From a bacterium (lineage in GTDB: Bacteria; Patescibacteriota; Dojkabacteria; JAKAPS01; JAJZLI01): DNA of 64,000 nt. Shown piece by piece: positions 33,571 to 42,748 of this stretch (positions are counted from its first letter, which is position 1; the number at the start of each line of letters is the position of its first letter). The stretch lies in NCBI GenBank assembly GCA_021816845.1, contig JAKAWT010000001.1, positions 408,209 to 472,208 on the forward strand, given 5' to 3'. A program made the translations under genes and the position numbers. The notes beneath the pieces were generated by a model. The model searched no databases and was not told the origin of the DNA. It saw only the letters and a list, made by a program, of their open reading frames with translations.

Positions 33571-35430
33571 ATGGATGATTTTGAATTAGATGATTTTAAT
33601 AACCTACCTACTGATGAAGATAAAGATAAAGTAAATAAATCTTTATTGTTAAAATTCATGGGTTCTTTTATATTTGTAATTATCTTGATTTTTATTCTTG
33701 GTGTTTTTTATATATCAATTATTGAGCATAATAAATTTCAGAATTTAGCCTTTCAAAATAGAATTATAAAAAGTCCTATAGTTGCAAATAGGGGGGTAAT
33801 ATTAAGTAGGAATATGACACAACTTTCTTTCAATGTTCCTACATATCAACTTTATCTTGATATAAATAATTTAAGTAATACGCAAATAAAAAATGATATC
33901 AATAAAATAGCACCTATATTGAATATGTCTGTTAAAAAGATAACAAATATTGTTCATAATGGTAAAAAAAATAATGAAATTGAAATACCTATATATAATG
34001 GTTTATCTAGTAAAAATGAAATATTAATTAGTTCAAATACTGCATTAAATGCATTCATAATAAAGGAAGTTCCTGTAGTTAAATTTAAATATAATAATTT
34101 GTTGTCACATATAATAGGGTATACAGGACCCGTTACTGAACAAGAGCTTTTATCTAATCCAAATTTAACTCCATACGATATAGTAGGAAGATATGGGATA
34201 GAACAATCATTCAATAAATATCTCATGGGGCAAGATGGAATTCAGTTAAAAGAGGTTAATACTTATGGGCAAATTGTTTCAAGTTATGGAGAAAAAAAAC
34301 CAGTAGCTGGAGACAATGTTCAATTAAATATTAGCAGTACCATTCAAAAAGAAATGCAATCTTTACTTATCCAAAGTATCAAAACTGATCCTAATCATGT
34401 TACAGGTGCTGTTGGTGTTGTAGAAAATGTAAATACTGGCGGAATTTTGGCAATGGTTAGTTATCCTACTTTTAACAATAATGCTTTTGAAGGTGCAGGG
34501 ATTAGTAATGCTGCATACAATGTTCTTCTTAATAATCCTATGGATCCGCTTTTAAACAGAGCAATTTCTGAGCAGCAACCAGTAGGCTCTATAATGAAGA
34601 CAATACTTCTTTCGGCTGCATTACAAGATAATGTTCTAACTCCTAATACTACATTTACTGTTCCTGGAACCTTTTTATATGATGGAACATTGTTTGAAAA
34701 TTATGCAAAAATAAACTGGGGAACTGCCAATATAGCTAAATGCTTGCAATTTTCAATCAATGTTTTCGCTTTTAAAGCTTCAATAAAACTAGGGATTCAG
34801 AGGTTTGTAAAATTCGAACAATTATTTGGTCTTGGTAAAACTACTGGTATACAATTACCAGGAGAATTATCTGGTATAATTTCTGATCCTAAAACTAAAT
34901 TAGCTATTACGGGGCAAGCATGGTATCCAGGTGATTTACTCAATGCCGCAATAGGTCAAGGTTATACAGAGGTTACACCAATACAAGTTGTAAACTGGAT
35001 AAGTGCTATTGCTAATGGTGGTACACTATACAAGCCAAGAATTGTTAAAGCTATATATAATCAACAAGGGAAAGTTGTTAAAAATTATGCTCCACAGGTA
35101 GTAAGGAGAGGCTTTGTATCTACCAACAATTTGAATGTGATAAAATATGGTATGGAACAAGCTGTACAGAACGGTATAGATATAGCTGCAAAGAGTGTGA
35201 TAGCTGATAATGCGGGTAAGAGTGGTACAGCTCAGTTTGGGAATGAAATTATTAGTAATACTTCTGATAGATATAGTCATTCTCACTCATGGATGGCATC
35301 TTTTGCTCCATATAAGAATCCTCAGATAGCTGTTGTTGTTTTTGAAGAAAACGGAGGTCTGAGTACTTATGCTGCAGAAGTTGTAAAAAATTTCATGAAT
35401 TGGTATTTTGGTGTATATTTAAAAAAATAA
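33571..35430 (+). CDS. mrdA: Penicillin-binding protein 2
   Basis: RGVILSRN, GRYGIEQSFN, SxxK (SIMK), SxN (SIN), KSGT. Confidence 0.93.
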   Translation: MDDFELDDFNNLPTDEDKDKVNKSLLLKFMGSFIFVIILIFILGVFYISIIEHNKFQNLAFQNRIIKSPIVANRGVILSRNMTQLSFNVPTYQLYLDINNLSNTQIKNDINKIAPILNMSVKKITNIVHNGKKNNEIEIPIYNGLSSKNEILISSNTALNAFIIKEVPVVKFKYNNLLSHIIGYTGPVTEQELLSNPNLTPYDIVGRYGIEQSFNKYLMGQDGIQLKEVNTYGQIVSSYGEKKPVAGDNVQLNISSTIQKEMQSLLIQSIKTDPNHVTGAVGVVENVNTGGILAMVSYPTFNNNAFEGAGISNAAYNVLLNNPMDPLLNRAISEQQPVGSIMKTILLSAALQDNVLTPNTTFTVPGTFLYDGTLFENYAKINWGTANIAKCLQFSINVFAFKASIKLGIQRFVKFEQLFGLGKTTGIQLPGELSGIISDPKTKLAITGQAWYPGDLLNAAIGQGYTEVTPIQVVNWISAIANGGTLYKPRIVKAIYNQQGKVVKNYAPQVVRRGFVSTNNLNVIKYGMEQAVQNGIDIAAKSVIADNAGKSGTAQFGNEIISNTSDRYSHSHSWMASFAPYKNPQIAVVVFEENGGLSTYAAEVVKNFMNWYFGVYLKK

Positions 35431-35434
35431 AAAA

Positions 35435-37582
35435 ATGTCTAAAAAATTAATAATTGTTGAATCTCCAACAAAAGCGAAAACAATATCTAAATTTCTTTCA
35501 AAAGATTATTCTATAATTGCTACTAAAGGGCATGTAGAAGATCTTCCAAAGAGCAAATTTGGTATACAAGTAGAAGATAATTTCAAACCTGATTATGTGA
35601 TCCTTAAAGACAAGAGTAATTTGTTGAAGGAAATAAAGAAGGAAGCAAAAGTTGCAGATACTATATATATAGCAACAGATCCTGATCGAGAAGGGGAAGC
35701 CATAGGATGGCATGTATTGAACTCACTAGCACTGAAAAATCCTACTTTAGTAAAAAGAATTGCATTCCACGAGATAACACAAAGTGCTCTAGAAAATGCT
35801 ATTCACAATCCTACAGTACTAAATATGAATCTTGTAGATGCTCAGCAGGCACGCAGAGTTCTCGATAGAATTGTGGGCTATAAATTATCTCCTCTTCTAT
35901 GGTCAAAGATAAGATATGGACTTTCAGCAGGAAGGGTTCAATCAGTAGCCTTGAAAATTATTGTTGATAGAGAAGAAGAAAGAAATAACTTTGTATCACA
36001 GGAGTACTGGAATATAGTAGGAGTTTTCTTGATTAATAATATAGAGTATGACTTTGATCTTGTAAAGATTAATAAAAATAATTTTGAGATCAAAAGTAAA
36101 GAAGAGTCTGATAATATTAGTAAGGATATAAAATCTGGTAATGCAGAAATTGATTCTATACAAAAAACAGAAACAAAAAAATATCCAATACCTCCATATA
36201 CTACATCTACTCTACAACAAGATGCTAATAGAAGACTTGGTTTCTCTTCAAAGAAAACCATGTCTATAGCTCAAAAATTATATGAAGGGGTATCATTAGG
36301 TGCTGATAATGTTGGACTTATTACATATATGAGAACCGATTCAGTATCTATGGCTGAGGTAGCAGTAGACAATATTAGAGGGTATATCAATAAAAATTAT
36401 GATAAAGCTTATCTTCCAGATAGGAAAAATATATATAAAACAAAAAGCAAGCTTGCTCAAGAGGCACATGAAGCTATAAGGCCAGCTTATATAGATAAGA
36501 CTCCCGAATCAATACAAAAGTATGTTGATAAAGATTTTTACAGATTATATAAGTTAATTTGGGAAAGAGCTTTGTCTAGTCAAATGACTCCTGCATTATA
36601 TGAAAATAAAAAAGTATTAATTGTTGTTCAAGGTAAGGAAAATAATTATACCTTTGCCCTAAATATTTCACACAATGTTTTTAAAGGGTATCAGATTTTC
36701 AATAAGAAAGAAGAGAATAAAGATTTACAAGATCAAGAATTCAATATTGATGATAAAAAAGACATAAAGAGTCTTGAAATGAAAAAAACCAATGCTGATC
36801 AGCATTTTACTGAACCTCCTCCAAGATATAATGATGCATCATTGGTTAAAATATTAGAATCCTGCGGTGTAGGAAGACCTTCTACATATTCTTCTATAAT
36901 ATCAACTTTAATTTCTAGGGGGTATATTGATAGGAAAGAAAAGTATTTTATACCTACTGATGTAGGTATAGTTGTAAGTAATTTTTTATCAAAATATTTT
37001 ACTGATATAGTAGACACTAATTTTACTTCTGATATAGAAGATAAGCTTGATGATATAGCAAATGGTAAATCAAAATGGACTAAAGTAGTGTCAGATTTTT
37101 ATATACCATTTAACAAGAAAATAGAAAGCAGTCAAGATGTTATAGAAAAAAAAGATGTTACCAATCTTGGAGAATCTACAGAATTATGTCCAGAATGTGG
37201 TTCACCAATGTATATTAAGTTAGGTAAGTATGGTAAATTTCTAAGCTGTAGTAGATTCCCTGAGTGTAAGGGTATGAGATCTTTAGATACTGAAAAAGAA
37301 GAGAAATTGATAGGAGAGAATTGTCCTCAGTGTGGGGCAGAGTTAGTTATTAAGAAAGGTAGATTTGGAAATTTTATTGCATGTAGTAATTATCCAACTT
37401 GTAAATATACTAAATCTTTAAATGAGAATAAGAAAAAGGTCCTTGATATTAAATGTCCAGATTGTGAAACTGGAAATATAGTGGAACTTAAAAATAGGAG
37501 AGGTAAAACATTTTATGGCTGTTCAAACTATCCTAAATGTAAATTCATAGCAAATAAACTTGAAGATATAGAGAAAAAATGA
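35435..37582 (+). CDS. topA: DNA topoisomerase I
   Basis: IVESPTKAK, DPDREGE, SAGRVQS, ITYMRTD, three C-terminal Zn ribbons. Confidence 0.97.
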   Translation: MSKKLIIVESPTKAKTISKFLSKDYSIIATKGHVEDLPKSKFGIQVEDNFKPDYVILKDKSNLLKEIKKEAKVADTIYIATDPDREGEAIGWHVLNSLALKNPTLVKRIAFHEITQSALENAIHNPTVLNMNLVDAQQARRVLDRIVGYKLSPLLWSKIRYGLSAGRVQSVALKIIVDREEERNNFVSQEYWNIVGVFLINNIEYDFDLVKINKNNFEIKSKEESDNISKDIKSGNAEIDSIQKTETKKYPIPPYTTSTLQQDANRRLGFSSKKTMSIAQKLYEGVSLGADNVGLITYMRTDSVSMAEVAVDNIRGYINKNYDKAYLPDRKNIYKTKSKLAQEAHEAIRPAYIDKTPESIQKYVDKDFYRLYKLIWERALSSQMTPALYENKKVLIVVQGKENNYTFALNISHNVFKGYQIFNKKEENKDLQDQEFNIDDKKDIKSLEMKKTNADQHFTEPPPRYNDASLVKILESCGVGRPSTYSSIISTLISRGYIDRKEKYFIPTDVGIVVSNFLSKYFTDIVDTNFTSDIEDKLDDIANGKSKWTKVVSDFYIPFNKKIESSQDVIEKKDVTNLGESTELCPECGSPMYIKLGKYGKFLSCSRFPECKGMRSLDTEKEEKLIGENCPQCGAELVIKKGRFGNFIACSNYPTCKYTKSLNENKKKVLDIKCPDCETGNIVELKNRRGKTFYGCSNYPKCKFIANKLEDIEKK

Positions 37583-37644
37583 AGATTTTATAGACTATTT
37601 TCTATATAAAAATCATTATGCTATAATAATGACTATTAAATTAA

Positions 37645-37697
37645 GCATACTCAAATTTAAATTCCTTCCCTTAAATATAAGGGCAGATGTTGAGTAG
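37645..37697 (+). promoter_or_regulatory. Structured rpsB leader (putative S2 autoregulatory element)
   Basis: Downstream of TGCTATAAT (37619-37627). Stems TACTCAA/TTGAGTA and CCCTTA/TAAGGG. Confidence 0.45.
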
Positions 37698-37715
37698 AAG
37701 TATAAAGGAGTTATT

Positions 37716-38378
37716 ATGAAAAAATTAACAGTTAAAGAATTAATGTCTTCTGGTGTTCATTTTGGACATCAAGTAAAAAGATGGAATCCTAAAATGGCAC
37801 CATATATTTACACAGTTTCAAATGGTTCTCATATTATTGATCTTGATAAAACATTAATAATGCTTGATGAGGCTGTTGCTTTCTTAAAGAAAAAAAAAGA
37901 AACTGGGAAGATTTTGTTTGTAGGCACTAAAGAACAAATACAAGATATAGTAGCTGAAAAAGCTCAAATATCTGGAGATTATTATATTAATAAAAGATGG
38001 CCAGGGGGGTTACTTACTAATTTTAAGACTGTGAGTTTAAGTCTTAAAAAAATGGATGAATATGAAAAGATTCTCACAGAGGGTGATACAGATAGAACTA
38101 AGTTGGAATTAATGTTAATAGCTAAAGAAAAAGCAAAGTTAGATTTATTGTATCAGGGTATAAGAGGATTTAATGGTAAACCAGCAGCACTTTTTGTTAT
38201 AGATGTTAAACACGAAATAGTTGCTATGAAAGAAGCCATGAAATTATCCATACCTGTTGTAGCATTAGTTGATACTAATGCTGATCCTACTATAGTAGAT
38301 TATCCTATTCCTGGAAATGATGATGCTATAAAATCTGTAGATATTATATTAGATTACATTGTAGAAAATATAAAATAA
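37716..38378 (+). CDS. rpsB: 30S ribosomal protein S2
   Basis: GVHFGH..RWNPKM, RWPGGLLTN, DTNADP, PGNDDA. Confidence 0.97.
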   Translation: MKKLTVKELMSSGVHFGHQVKRWNPKMAPYIYTVSNGSHIIDLDKTLIMLDEAVAFLKKKKETGKILFVGTKEQIQDIVAEKAQISGDYYINKRWPGGLLTNFKTVSLSLKKMDEYEKILTEGDTDRTKLELMLIAKEKAKLDLLYQGIRGFNGKPAALFVIDVKHEIVAMKEAMKLSIPVVALVDTNADPTIVDYPIPGNDDAIKSVDIILDYIVENIK

Positions 38379-38381
38379 AGT

Positions 38382-38987
38382 ATGAAGGTTGATCTAGAAA
38401 GTATAAAACAATTGAGGAATATGACTGGTGCTGGTATGGTTGACTGTAGTAAAGCTTTAGAAGAATCTGACGGAGATATAGAAAAGGCTGTAGATTTGCT
38501 TAGAAAAAAAGGTATTCTAAAAGCTGGATCTAAAAGTGATAGAACTACCCATGAAGGATTAATTGAATCATATATACATCAAAATGGAAGGTTAGGTGCA
38601 TTAGTTGAGATTAATTGTGAGACAGATTTTGTTGCAAGGACTGAAGTTTTTAAAGATCTTGCACATACCCTGGCAGTCCAAGTAGCAAGTATGAATCCAT
38701 TATATGTATCTATAGAAGATGTACCTACAAATGTAAAAGAAAAAGAAGTGGAGATTATAAAATCAGATAAAGCTTTCAAATCAAAACCTGAAAAAGTAAG
38801 AGACAGTATTCTGGAAGGAAGATTATCTAAATATTATGTACAAGTTTGTTTACTTGAGCAACCTTATTATAAGGATGAGAAGATCAAAATAGCTGATCTT
38901 ATAAATAATGCAATATCAAAAACAGGTGAAAATATTAAAGTAAAAAGATTCACTAGATTAGAGATAGGGGAAGAGTATGGATATTAA
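38382..38987 (+). CDS. tsf: Elongation factor Ts (short form)
   Basis: LRNMTGAGMVDC, EINCETDFVA. Confidence 0.96.
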   Translation: MKVDLESIKQLRNMTGAGMVDCSKALEESDGDIEKAVDLLRKKGILKAGSKSDRTTHEGLIESYIHQNGRLGALVEINCETDFVARTEVFKDLAHTLAVQVASMNPLYVSIEDVPTNVKEKEVEIIKSDKAFKSKPEKVRDSILEGRLSKYYVQVCLLEQPYYKDEKIKIADLINNAISKTGENIKVKRFTRLEIGEEYGY

Positions 38988-39525
38988 CGAGATAAGATCA
39001 AAGATGAATAAGAGTATTGATTTTCTGATATCGGAGTTAAAAAAATTAAGAACAAGTAAAGCAAGTGCATCTTTAGTCGAAGATATTAGGGTAAATGTAT
39101 ATGAATCTCATATGCCTATCTCTCAACTTGCAACAATTATAATACCAGAATCTAATGTAATTTTAATCCAACCATGGGATAAGAATAATGTATCTGCTAT
39201 TAAGGATGCCATTTTAAATATTAATATTGGTATCACACCAATAGAAAATGATGATAGTGTGAGATTAGTTTTACCTCCGTTATCTGAAGAAAGGAGAAAT
39301 GATTTTGTCAAAATATTAAATAATAAAGTTGAATCAGCGAAAGTATCATTAAGGAGTATAAGGAAAGAATATATTGACGGTTTAAAAAAAGATAAGGAAG
39401 AGAATAATATAAGTGAAGATGAATATAATAGAGATGTGGAACATGTAGATAGCCTGATTAAAGAGATGAATATTGAGATAGAGAAAATATTTGAAGATAA
39501 AAAGAAAGATTTACTAGAGATTTGA
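38977..39525 (+). CDS. frr: Ribosome recycling factor
   Basis: LRTSKAS, IQPWDK, PPLSEERR. Confidence 0.95.
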   Translation: MDINEIRSKMNKSIDFLISELKKLRTSKASASLVEDIRVNVYESHMPISQLATIIIPESNVILIQPWDKNNVSAIKDAILNINIGITPIENDDSVRLVLPPLSEERRNDFVKILNNKVESAKVSLRSIRKEYIDGLKKDKEENNISEDEYNRDVEHVDSLIKEMNIEIEKIFEDKKKDLLEI

Positions 39526-39529
39526 TTCT

Positions 39530-40684
39530 ATGGTTACAGGTATAATTACTTTTTTCATATTTATAATACTTTTAAGTGTCCTAGTTATTATACATGAATG
39601 GGGGCATATGTTTGTTGCTAGAAAAAGAGGTGTGGTTGTTAAAACATTTGCTGTTGGGTTTGGTAAAAAAATATATTCTAGAAAAAAGAATGGTATAGAA
39701 TATAAAATAAATCTTTTACCTTTTGGAGGATATGTTAGTTTACTTGGTGATGATGATTTTAATAGTACAGAAGAAGGATCTTTACCTGTTGCATCAGCAT
39801 TATCCAAATTTCTAATTACTGTTGCTGGAGCATTTATGAATTTTTTACTTGCACTGGTTTTTCTTTTTATATTTCTCATTGTTGTTAATTTTAAATTTTA
39901 TTATTCCAATATTATTCCTAATTTTAATTTTGCTTTTGGAACCAATATTAATAATGTAATATTCTCTGCAGTGCCTAAAGATACTACATCCTCAGCTTTG
40001 AAAGATAAACTGACCAGTAATTATATGCTACTTTCTATTGATGGTGAAAAAATAAATAATGCTATTCAAGTTGAGAAGATAGTTGATCATAATAAAGGGA
40101 GATTGCTAACATTTAGATATCAAGTTGTAAAATCCCTAAATTTATTTGGTGTACAACTAGGTGGTGTTCAGGAAAAGACTTTAATAGACAGAAAGATATA
40201 TCCTAAATTCTCAGGGCCTGTAGGAATATCTCTTCTCCAAATATCTCATATAGAGTTTCCAACCACAATTTCTAAAATTTCTTCAATTGTGACATTTCCG
40301 TACGATTTGATGCAATTAACTTTTACTGGATTAGGGTATCTTATACACCAAGCAGTTATACACAACAACAGCTCTATAATAACAACACAAGTTGCAGGAC
40401 CTGTAGGTATTTATATGTATACAAACATTTTATTCCAAAGTGATGGGGTAGCTGGACTACTATTTATATTTGGTATTATTTCTCTTTCACTATCAATAAT
40501 GAATTTATTACCAATACCTCCTCTTGATGGATTCTACGTTTTACTTGCGATACTAGAAGGTATTTTCAAATTTAAACCAAATGCTAAATTTCTATATTAT
40601 GTATCTGTTATAGGTATAACATTTTTTATTATTCTTATGGTATTAGTTACATTAAATGATTTAGTGAATTTTAAAATCATCTAA
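39530..40684 (+). CDS. rseP: RIP metalloprotease RseP (M50)
   Basis: HEWGH, FAVGFG, LPFGGYV, AGPVGI, NLLPIPPLDG. Confidence 0.9.
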   Translation: MVTGIITFFIFIILLSVLVIIHEWGHMFVARKRGVVVKTFAVGFGKKIYSRKKNGIEYKINLLPFGGYVSLLGDDDFNSTEEGSLPVASALSKFLITVAGAFMNFLLALVFLFIFLIVVNFKFYYSNIIPNFNFAFGTNINNVIFSAVPKDTTSSALKDKLTSNYMLLSIDGEKINNAIQVEKIVDHNKGRLLTFRYQVVKSLNLFGVQLGGVQEKTLIDRKIYPKFSGPVGISLLQISHIEFPTTISKISSIVTFPYDLMQLTFTGLGYLIHQAVIHNNSSIITTQVAGPVGIYMYTNILFQSDGVAGLLFIFGIISLSLSIMNLLPIPPLDGFYVLLAILEGIFKFKPNAKFLYYVSVIGITFFIILMVLVTLNDLVNFKII

Positions 40685-40779
40685 AATGTTGTAACCCCTA
40701 TTGAAGATAGTTTTTGTCTGTGGTTCTCTTTTATGGTATACTTTATCAGTGTGATTCTTTTTGGTACTGAATAATTATT

Positions 40780-41109
40780 ATGCATGATGATTGTGTCTTT
40801 TGTAAAATTGTCAATAAAAAAATTGATGCAGAAGTATTATATGAAGATAAAGAGTATATAGTATTTTCTGATATTCATCCTTCTGCAGAAATTCATAAGT
40901 TAATAGTTCCAAAAGAACATGTAGTAAATTTAAAAGATGTTAGGGAAGATTTATGGGGGAAGTCTTCTTTAGTTATACAAAAAATTGTTAAGGATTTGGG
41001 GTTGGATAATTTTAAAATAGTAGTCAATAATGGTGATAAACTACAAATGGTCAAACATTTACACTTACATCTTGTAAGTGGAAAGAATATAAATGATAAA
41101 GTAAATTAG
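40780..41109 (+). CDS. HIT family nucleotide hydrolase
   Basis: DCVFCKI and the HLHLH histidine triad. Confidence 0.93.
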   Translation: MHDDCVFCKIVNKKIDAEVLYEDKEYIVFSDIHPSAEIHKLIVPKEHVVNLKDVREDLWGKSSLVIQKIVKDLGLDNFKIVVNNGDKLQMVKHLHLHLVSGKNINDKVN

Positions 41110-41122
41110 GAGGTGAATTTTT

Positions 41123-41350
41123 ATGGCAATAATAGTAAGAGATAATGAGGTTTTTGAATCCGCATGGAAGAGGTTTATGCGCGAAATTATAAGTAATGGC
41201 GTTATAGAGGAAGTAAAGGATAGGTCTTATTACAAGAAACCATCAGTTGAAAAGTCTGCTCTGAGAAGAGAATTTAAAAAAAGAAAAACAAGACATCATA
41301 GAGCCATGAGAAAGGTTAGAAGTAAATATGGGAAAGGTTTTTCTATGTAA
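41123..41350 (+). CDS. rpsU: 30S ribosomal protein S21
   Basis: VRDNEVFESAWKRF...YYKKPS, in HIT-rpsU-yqeY synteny. Confidence 0.88.
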   Translation: MAIIVRDNEVFESAWKRFMREIISNGVIEEVKDRSYYKKPSVEKSALRREFKKRKTRHHRAMRKVRSKYGKGFSM

Positions 41351-41371
41351 ATAAAAATATATTTATATACC

Positions 41372-41809
41372 ATGTATCAAAAATTACAAGATGATATGAA
41401 AATTTACATGAAGAATAAAGACAGTTTTAAGCTGTCTGTTGTTCGTTTATTGCTTTCAGATATTAAAAATGAGACTATTTTAAAACATGTGGATGTTCCT
41501 TCTGATGATCTTGTATTTCAAGTAATAGCAAAAAATATAAAACAGCGAGAAGAGAGTATTAAAATATATAAAGATATTAATAATGTAGATTTAGCAGAGA
41601 GTGAAGAGAAAGAACTTATCTTCCTTAATGAATTTATGCCTCAACAATTATCAGATAAAGAGTTGGAAGATATAGTAAAATTGGAAATTGGAAAAATTAA
41701 TGATTTTAAAATGCAAGATATGGGTAAGGTGATTAGTCAAATTTCTAAAGACTTTCCAAATAGAGTTGATGGTAGAAGAATAAGTGATGTTGTTAGAAAA
41801 TTTTTATGA
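41372..41809 (+). CDS. GatB/YqeY domain protein
   Basis: KQREESI, EEKEL..L..FMPQQLS, DMGKV. Confidence 0.9.
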   Translation: MYQKLQDDMKIYMKNKDSFKLSVVRLLLSDIKNETILKHVDVPSDDLVFQVIAKNIKQREESIKIYKDINNVDLAESEEKELIFLNEFMPQQLSDKELEDIVKLEIGKINDFKMQDMGKVISQISKDFPNRVDGRRISDVVRKFL

Positions 41810-42192
41810 ATGTGATTTTTAAAAAAAATCATTTTACAAGATTATATAACCATATAATAAATGATTTGAATCTAGAAAAAAAAGAATTTAGTGTAGAATT
41901 CGTTTCTGTAGAAGAGATAAAATATTTGAATAGAAAATATAGAGGAATAGATAGTAAGACTGATGTTATATCTTTAGAATACAATGATCCGGTATTTTTA
42001 GGAGAAATATATATTTCTTCTGATGTAGTTTTAGAGAACTCGACAATATATGGGTGTACCTTTGCGGAGGAAATGGATAGAACTTTTATCCATGCTGTGC
42101 TACATCTTCTTGGTTATGATCACAAGGATAGTTTAAATAAAAATGAGAAAATGTTTATAATACAAGAAAATATATTAAATAGATTTAAATAA
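41806..42192 (+). CDS. ybeY: rRNA maturation endonuclease YbeY
   Basis: LNRKYRGID.KTDVIS, LGEIYIS, HAVLHLLGYDH. Confidence 0.93.
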   Translation: MNVIFKKNHFTRLYNHIINDLNLEKKEFSVEFVSVEEIKYLNRKYRGIDSKTDVISLEYNDPVFLGEIYISSDVVLENSTIYGCTFAEEMDRTFIHAVLHLLGYDHKDSLNKNEKMFIIQENILNRFK

Positions 42193-42193
42193 G

Positions 42194-42748
42194 GTGAAAT
42201 ATTTAATAGTAGGATTGGGTAATCCAGGAGAAGAATATATGAATAATAGGCATAACGTCGGATTTATTCTGTTGGACTATATTGTGAACTCTATTAATCT
42301 AAAATCTCAAGAATCTAGTCTACAATGGGAATACTCAAAAAAGTTTAATGGTGAGTACATAAAATATAAAGATAATATTTTTTTAAAACCTTTTACATTT
42401 ATGAATGATTCAGGTGAAAGCATTTCTAATACAGTATCTTTTTATAACATAGATAGTTCTTCATTAATTGTTATATATGATGACTTAGATATACAATTTG
42501 GTCAATATAAAGTTACAAAAAAAACTCCAAAAGGACATAATGGAATACTATCTGTTGTAGATAAAATCAAACAAAAAGAATTTTTAAACATAAGAATAGG
42601 TATTAATAATAGGAATGGTCAAGGTGAGACTGGTAATCCAGGAAAAGAATATGTATTATCAGATTTTTCTAAAGAGGAATTGTCTATCCTAGAAGATAAA
42701 GTTTTCACTGGAATATTAAAAGAATTAAAAATAATGATTAATGTTTGA
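42194..42748 (+). CDS. pth: Peptidyl-tRNA hydrolase
   Basis: IVGLGNPG, RHNVG, KPFTFMNDSG, DDLD, GHNG. Confidence 0.95.
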   Translation: MKYLIVGLGNPGEEYMNNRHNVGFILLDYIVNSINLKSQESSLQWEYSKKFNGEYIKYKDNIFLKPFTFMNDSGESISNTVSFYNIDSSSLIVIYDDLDIQFGQYKVTKKTPKGHNGILSVVDKIKQKEFLNIRIGINNRNGQGETGNPGKEYVLSDFSKEELSILEDKVFTGILKELKIMINV

